From sequence record KT624200.1: a DNA stretch of 40,000 nucleotides; one strand, written 5' to 3'. The DNA is from Bacillus phage SP-15. Made by a program: the position numbers and the translations under genes. The first letter of the stretch is position 1, and each line of letters begins with the position of its first letter. Below, in pieces: positions 35,731 to 40,000 of the stretch. The notes below the pieces were generated by a model, which worked only from the letters and a program-made list of their open reading frames with translations, searched no databases and had not been told where the DNA came from.

Positions 35731-35929
35731 GAAAGGCATCGAGACTCGACTCGCTCTATGGAATAGTATCCTCGACGAGCAATTTGACTTGTCGTACTAT
35801 ATCCCAGGGATGACGTGGGAAGCTACCGAATCTATGGCTATATTCGAACGAAAAGAAATGTATAGTCGACTTCTTCTGAGAAAGACTCAAGAGAAGGAAG
35901 CTATAGAGAAAGCTAGAGAAGGTAAATAG
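35672..35929 (+). CDS. Small ORF overlapping the upstream gene in the +1 frame (start or frameshift unclear)
   Basis: Frame open 35663-35929; FTPDSTTKKGIETRLALWNSILDEQFDLSYYIPGMTWEATESMAIFERKEMYSRLL reads like an assembly chaperone C-terminal segment. Confidence 0.5.
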   Translation: MCSSSYPSIRNFFTPDSTTKKGIETRLALWNSILDEQFDLSYYIPGMTWEATESMAIFERKEMYSRLLLRKTQEKEAIEKAREGK

Positions 35930-35948
35930 TAGTTTAGGAGGTGGACTC

Positions 35949-38900
35949 ATGATTGATTCACAAATCGATCAGCTGTTTAATCTAGAACGTAAACAGCTTA
36001 ATCTATTAGGTGACGTTAGAGACGGAGTAGGATTAACTAACAGTTCTCTGGATCAAGTCTATTCTTCGATTACTACTGTAAGGGACTCTATTACTGGGAA
36101 TACAATCACCAGATCAGAAAGAGTTCTCCTAGGTAGTATTAGAGATGTTCGTAAGCTGTTGACTGAGTCCAACACTAACACTAATAGAATAGCTGAAGCT
36201 ATAGAACTAGGTTCTAGAAATGTAGCTACTGCTGAGACCACTCCTCCTGATACTGCTAGACACTTAGAGTCATTGACTCGATCTTCGGACGTAGCCAATG
36301 CACAACTAAGTGCTATTAACGAAGTAATGGATGGGATCAGGAATCAAGATCTTGTATCCTCCGCAATCGCTAATCGTTCTGTTCATAATGAATTTGACGA
36401 TACTCGACACTTACTAGAAGAATTGAATAATGGTGTAGGGGATCTGAACCGTGACCTAACTCACCAACTACGTGATACATCCCGTGATATACAAGCGAGC
36501 CTTAGTGGGAATAATGTCAGTGACATCCCTAGACCTCATGCTGATCACCTTCGTGATAATACTGGTCCTAGCCCTCGTCAGAATAATGGTGGTGACTTAG
36601 GTGATGGTCCAGATTATGATCGGTATAATGATAGGGACGATTATGAACCTCCAGGTACTATAGGAGAGATGCTCGGCATTGCAGGAATCCTCCGAGCGAT
36701 TAAAGGTTCAGTTCCAGTTATGATAGCTACTGCAATAGGTGGTTCTATTATTACTGCATTCAACGAATTAGACACTCTCACTGGTGAAGCTAGCTCCATA
36801 TTCATGGCTCCTCTCGGTAAGACTAGAGAAGAAGCATTTGGTATGTATCAGGATATTCTCGGTATGTCTCGTGATATTGCCAAACAAGTTAGCGATAATC
36901 CATTCTTAGGTTATAAGATATCAGTTGAGGAATGGGAAGAAGCAATGAACAAGGCAGTAGGTACTGGAGCTAAACTGCCTAGTGTAATCAAAGGTATGAC
37001 TGAAGTTCAAGCAATAAGTGCTAAGATTATGCCTGATGTAGATATGTCCCAGTACGATATGTTTAGTCGAGTCATTAAAGGTTACGATGATGGTGCTGAA
37101 CGAATGAAACAGATATCAGCTCTCACTAACCAATACAGTAAGAATATGTGGGTTAAACCTGAAGAGATTCTTGAAGTAACTGATGAATACAATTCATTCT
37201 TCAGAGCTATTAGCGGTAACTCAGCTGATTACGTACGTAACACTAATAATATGATGAAAGCTACTGCAGCATTGAAAGACTCTATGCTTGATGCAGGTAA
37301 GATGATCAATGAAGCGATGGATATGGCATTTACTCCACTAAGCGAAGTTGATACTAAAGAGTACACTAAGATGGCTATGTTAGGCATAGATACTATGCAG
37401 TACCGTCAATTATTACAGACAGGTCAGACTGACAAAGCTATGGAAATGTACACTAATGCAATTCAACAGAGATTCAGTAGATACAAGAATGCTGATGGAT
37501 CTTTCAATGTTAATGAGCAGTTCTTGCAAGAAGCTAGTCTAGCAGGACTAGATCCTAAGGAAGTCATGTCTATTGTTAGCGGTAACAAAGGTGATGAGGT
37601 ATCTGCTGCACTAGATAAAGCTAGTGGATTAGGTGATGGAATAGCTGCTAGTACTGATGCTGCTAATGATAGCTTAAATCAGAGTCTCAAGGATAATGTA
37701 TACGTATCTACAGGTGATCAGCTCCAAAATGCTGCAGGGACTGAGTTCCGTCTACTCCATCCACTTGAAAGTATTAATAATTGGATGGCTAGTCTTAATG
37801 AGAAGACTTTACCTCAATTACTTCTACCGATTGGTTTGGGTATTGCTGGACTAGTCGTAGCCTTTAAAGCATTTGGTAAAATTAAAGGCATGATGGGTGG
37901 ATTATCTGATCAATTCGGAGGAAGAGGAAGTGCTGGTAGACGAGGGGTTCTCGGTAAACTCGGAGATGCTATTTCAGGTGGCATGGGTAAATGCTGTTGC
38001 TGTATGGATGGTATCGGAGGACGAGGATTAGGAGCTCGTGGAGGTAGTGGTGCTGGAGGTATTGGATTAGGTGGAGCACTTGACGTAGCTAGTACAGTTG
38101 CAGACGTAGCTGATGGTCGTAAAGTCCCTACTCCTACTCCAGATGGAAGTGCTAAACCTGGTACTACTGGTGCTCCTAAACAAGGATTCTTCGCTAAGAT
38201 GAAAGGTGGAGCTACTAATCTAGTCGGCGACTTCAAAGGTGCACGTGGTAAAGGATTAGGAGTCTTCAGTTCTGCTCAATCAGCATTAGGTGCTGCTAAG
38301 GATAGAAGAGCCGTAGCTAAAATGGATGCTGGAGCTAATAATACTAAATTCCTTGATAAGATGAAAGGTGTTATGCAATCTGGTATCGATAAGACTAAAT
38401 CATTCTCTACCACTATGGTCGATAAGACTAAAGGATTAGTTGGTAAGGTATCTCCTAAGATGGCAATGGCAGGTGCAGGAACTACTGCTGCTACTGAAGC
38501 TATGGCTACTGCTGCTAGTAGTGCTGCAAGTAGTGCAGCTAGTGCTGGAGCAAGTGCTGGACTTAAAGGAGGATTAGCTAAGGCTGGATCAACATTTGGA
38601 AAGATAGCTAGTAAGGCAGCTATGCCACTTATGGTCGGTATGGAAGCTTATAATATCTATAAATCCGACGATAAAGTCAAAGCTACTGCTGAAGCTACTG
38701 GTGGAATTGGAGGAGCATTAGCTGGTGCTGCAATTGGTCAGGCTGCAATTCCTATTCCGATACTAGGTGCTGCAGTGGGAGGTATCGTAGGTTCTTTAGG
38801 AGGTAAGGCACTATTCGGTAAGGTAGTCGACTGGTTCCGTGGTGGTAAGAAGGAGGAGGACAAAGAAGCCAAACCTTCAGATCCAACTAAACCAGAGCTT

Positions 38901-39545
38901 ACTCCTGAACAACAAGCTAAGGCTAACTTCTATAACAATCCTACAATGGCAGGAGTTAACTCAGTTAATGCTGAAACTCAGCAAATATGGGAGAACGGAG
39001 TTACATCTGATTTAGGTTCAGCTCAAGTTGAAGCTAATGCACTAGGTTACGGTAGCGACTTGTATGCTTCTACTCAAGTCAATAGTGCTACTAGTGCAAT
39101 TGACCCTACACTGTCCTATAAAGCTTATGCCACTGGAGGAGTTATCGATAAACCTCACTTTGGATTAGTCGGTGAAGATGGTCCTGAGGTAATCATACCT
39201 TTATCTAATGACAAGCGTGAGAGAGCTTTAGGTCTATGGAACTATGCAGGTAGTCAAATTGGAACTAATCCAGCTAGCCCAATATTCGATGCTGAGGCTA
39301 AAGCAACTCAAGCACAATCCTCCGCTATTAGTAATGCTTCGACTACATCGGATAAGGTCGAAAGCAGTGAGATAGTTACATCTCTAGATACGTTGACTCA
39401 GATAGTATCTGCTAAGCTCGATAGATTGATTAAACTCGAAGAAAGTGCTACTAATCACAAGAAGAACGAGAATAAGAAACCTCATTCACCAGCTGAACCT
39501 GGAGTTCTATCTGCAGGTGCTCGTGACATCAGGAATTTCATATAG
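35949..39545 (+). CDS. Tape measure protein
   Basis: 1198 aa; helical N-terminus, Gly/Ala-rich hydrophobic middle, C-terminal YATGGVIDKPHFGLVGEDGPEVIIPL; position after the tube gene. Confidence 0.88.
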   Translation: MIDSQIDQLFNLERKQLNLLGDVRDGVGLTNSSLDQVYSSITTVRDSITGNTITRSERVLLGSIRDVRKLLTESNTNTNRIAEAIELGSRNVATAETTPPDTARHLESLTRSSDVANAQLSAINEVMDGIRNQDLVSSAIANRSVHNEFDDTRHLLEELNNGVGDLNRDLTHQLRDTSRDIQASLSGNNVSDIPRPHADHLRDNTGPSPRQNNGGDLGDGPDYDRYNDRDDYEPPGTIGEMLGIAGILRAIKGSVPVMIATAIGGSIITAFNELDTLTGEASSIFMAPLGKTREEAFGMYQDILGMSRDIAKQVSDNPFLGYKISVEEWEEAMNKAVGTGAKLPSVIKGMTEVQAISAKIMPDVDMSQYDMFSRVIKGYDDGAERMKQISALTNQYSKNMWVKPEEILEVTDEYNSFFRAISGNSADYVRNTNNMMKATAALKDSMLDAGKMINEAMDMAFTPLSEVDTKEYTKMAMLGIDTMQYRQLLQTGQTDKAMEMYTNAIQQRFSRYKNADGSFNVNEQFLQEASLAGLDPKEVMSIVSGNKGDEVSAALDKASGLGDGIAASTDAANDSLNQSLKDNVYVSTGDQLQNAAGTEFRLLHPLESINNWMASLNEKTLPQLLLPIGLGIAGLVVAFKAFGKIKGMMGGLSDQFGGRGSAGRRGVLGKLGDAISGGMGKCCCCMDGIGGRGLGARGGSGAGGIGLGGALDVASTVADVADGRKVPTPTPDGSAKPGTTGAPKQGFFAKMKGGATNLVGDFKGARGKGLGVFSSAQSALGAAKDRRAVAKMDAGANNTKFLDKMKGVMQSGIDKTKSFSTTMVDKTKGLVGKVSPKMAMAGAGTTAATEAMATAASSAASSAASAGASAGLKGGLAKAGSTFGKIASKAAMPLMVGMEAYNIYKSDDKVKATAEATGGIGGALAGAAIGQAAIPIPILGAAVGGIVGSLGGKALFGKVVDWFRGGKKEEDKEAKPSDPTKPELTPEQQAKANFYNNPTMAGVNSVNAETQQIWENGVTSDLGSAQVEANALGYGSDLYASTQVNSATSAIDPTLSYKAYATGGVIDKPHFGLVGEDGPEVIIPLSNDKRERALGLWNYAGSQIGTNPASPIFDAEAKATQAQSSAISNASTTSDKVESSEIVTSLDTLTQIVSAKLDRLIKLEESATNHKKNENKKPHSPAEPGVLSAGARDIRNFI

Positions 39546-39558
39546 GAGGTAATCGTTA

Positions 39559-40000
39559 ATGCAGAATACTAATTTAATTATTCTTGCCAATTTAGCATTC
39601 GCTCCTCCTCAAACAATTAAGTTTCATGGTATCATACCTGAAGAGTTCAATGAGAGTCACTCCACTAACTTTGAACAAGTACAGATTCAGAGCCGAAGTA
39701 GTGCGTTAGCGTCCTACGGAGGTTCTAACTCTCGTACTGCTAACATACAGTTTGATATCCATGAGGATTACTTAGGCGAATACGTAGGAACGAAGGATAT
39801 TACTGAATTTGTTGCTAAGTTGAAAGCCTTGACTTATCCACGTTATGAAAATGGAGTAGTAATTCCTCCAAGGTGCTACCTTAAAATAGGATCAATGTTT
39901 AGAATTAAAGGTTATCCTGAAAGTGTAGATATCAACTGGAGAAAACCTGTTAGAGATGGACGAATGATTAGTGCTACTGTCACTATAAACTTCGTTGAAT
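39559..40000 (+). CDS. Tail/baseplate protein, truncated by the window end
   Basis: ATG 39559 with SD ataggaggtaatcgtta; open to the window end (MQNTNLIILANLAFAPPQTIKFHGIIPEEFNESHSTNFEQVQIQ...). Confidence 0.7.
   Translation, partial: MQNTNLIILANLAFAPPQTIKFHGIIPEEFNESHSTNFEQVQIQSRSSALASYGGSNSRTANIQFDIHEDYLGEYVGTKDITEFVAKLKALTYPRYENGVVIPPRCYLKIGSMFRIKGYPESVDINWRKPVRDGRMISATVTINFVE

Noticed and set aside
37910-38236. Minus-strand Pro-rich ORF
   Set aside because: Antisense reflection of the Gly/Ala-rich tape measure region.
1-40000. tRNA genes
   Set aside because: No cloverleaf with a GTTCRANYC arm plus acceptor stem could be recognised by eye; the GTTCGAG at ~1061 lacks an acceptor stem. 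A tRNAscan-SE run would be needed to be certain.
1-40000. Integrated prophage or known bacterial defence cassette (restriction-modification, toxin-antitoxin, retron)
   Set aside because: No integrase, methyltransferase, reverse transcriptase or convincing toxin-antitoxin pair was recognised; the content is continuous lytic-type phage genes.

Overview
This 40 kb window is part of a large contractile-tailed (T4/SPO1-like, Gram-positive-type) phage genome, read almost entirely on the + strand. Positions ~1-11,000 carry accessory and metabolic genes: metallophosphatase, SLOG/DUF1273-like protein, an atypical ThyX, deoxynucleoside kinase, cupin, flavin split-barrel protein, GroES-like protein and YdjM-like membrane hydrolase. 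Positions ~12,300-40,000 carry the morphogenesis module: large terminase, portal, an embedded nrdA/nrdB cassette, prohead protease fused to a coiled coil, major capsid, connectors, sheath, tube, tape measure and the start of a baseplate gene. The most striking feature is the large terminase gene, which is broken by three different splicing elements: (1) a cis intein with an HNH-like domain (12642-13772) immediately before the Walker A motif; (2) a group I intron (13932-15127) with its own homing endonuclease ORF; (3) a split intein at the Walker B motif. In the third element, IntN ends in a stop at 15601, IntC starts as a separate ORF at 16403, and a 230-aa ORF of unknown type lies between the halves. 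A second group I intron (26251-27397) interrupts the major capsid gene and carries a homologous endonuclease in a different part of the ribozyme. I could resolve P1 and P10 pairings by eye for both introns. Other notable signals are a 15-copy array of the perfect palindrome ATAAGTACTTAT (3778-3991), a folded intergenic region with mutually exclusive long stems (10819-11082), a hairpin cluster (981-1120), and a recurring ACGTTTATAHT intergenic motif. Assignments come from reading the sequence and recalled family motifs only; no searches or folding programs were run.
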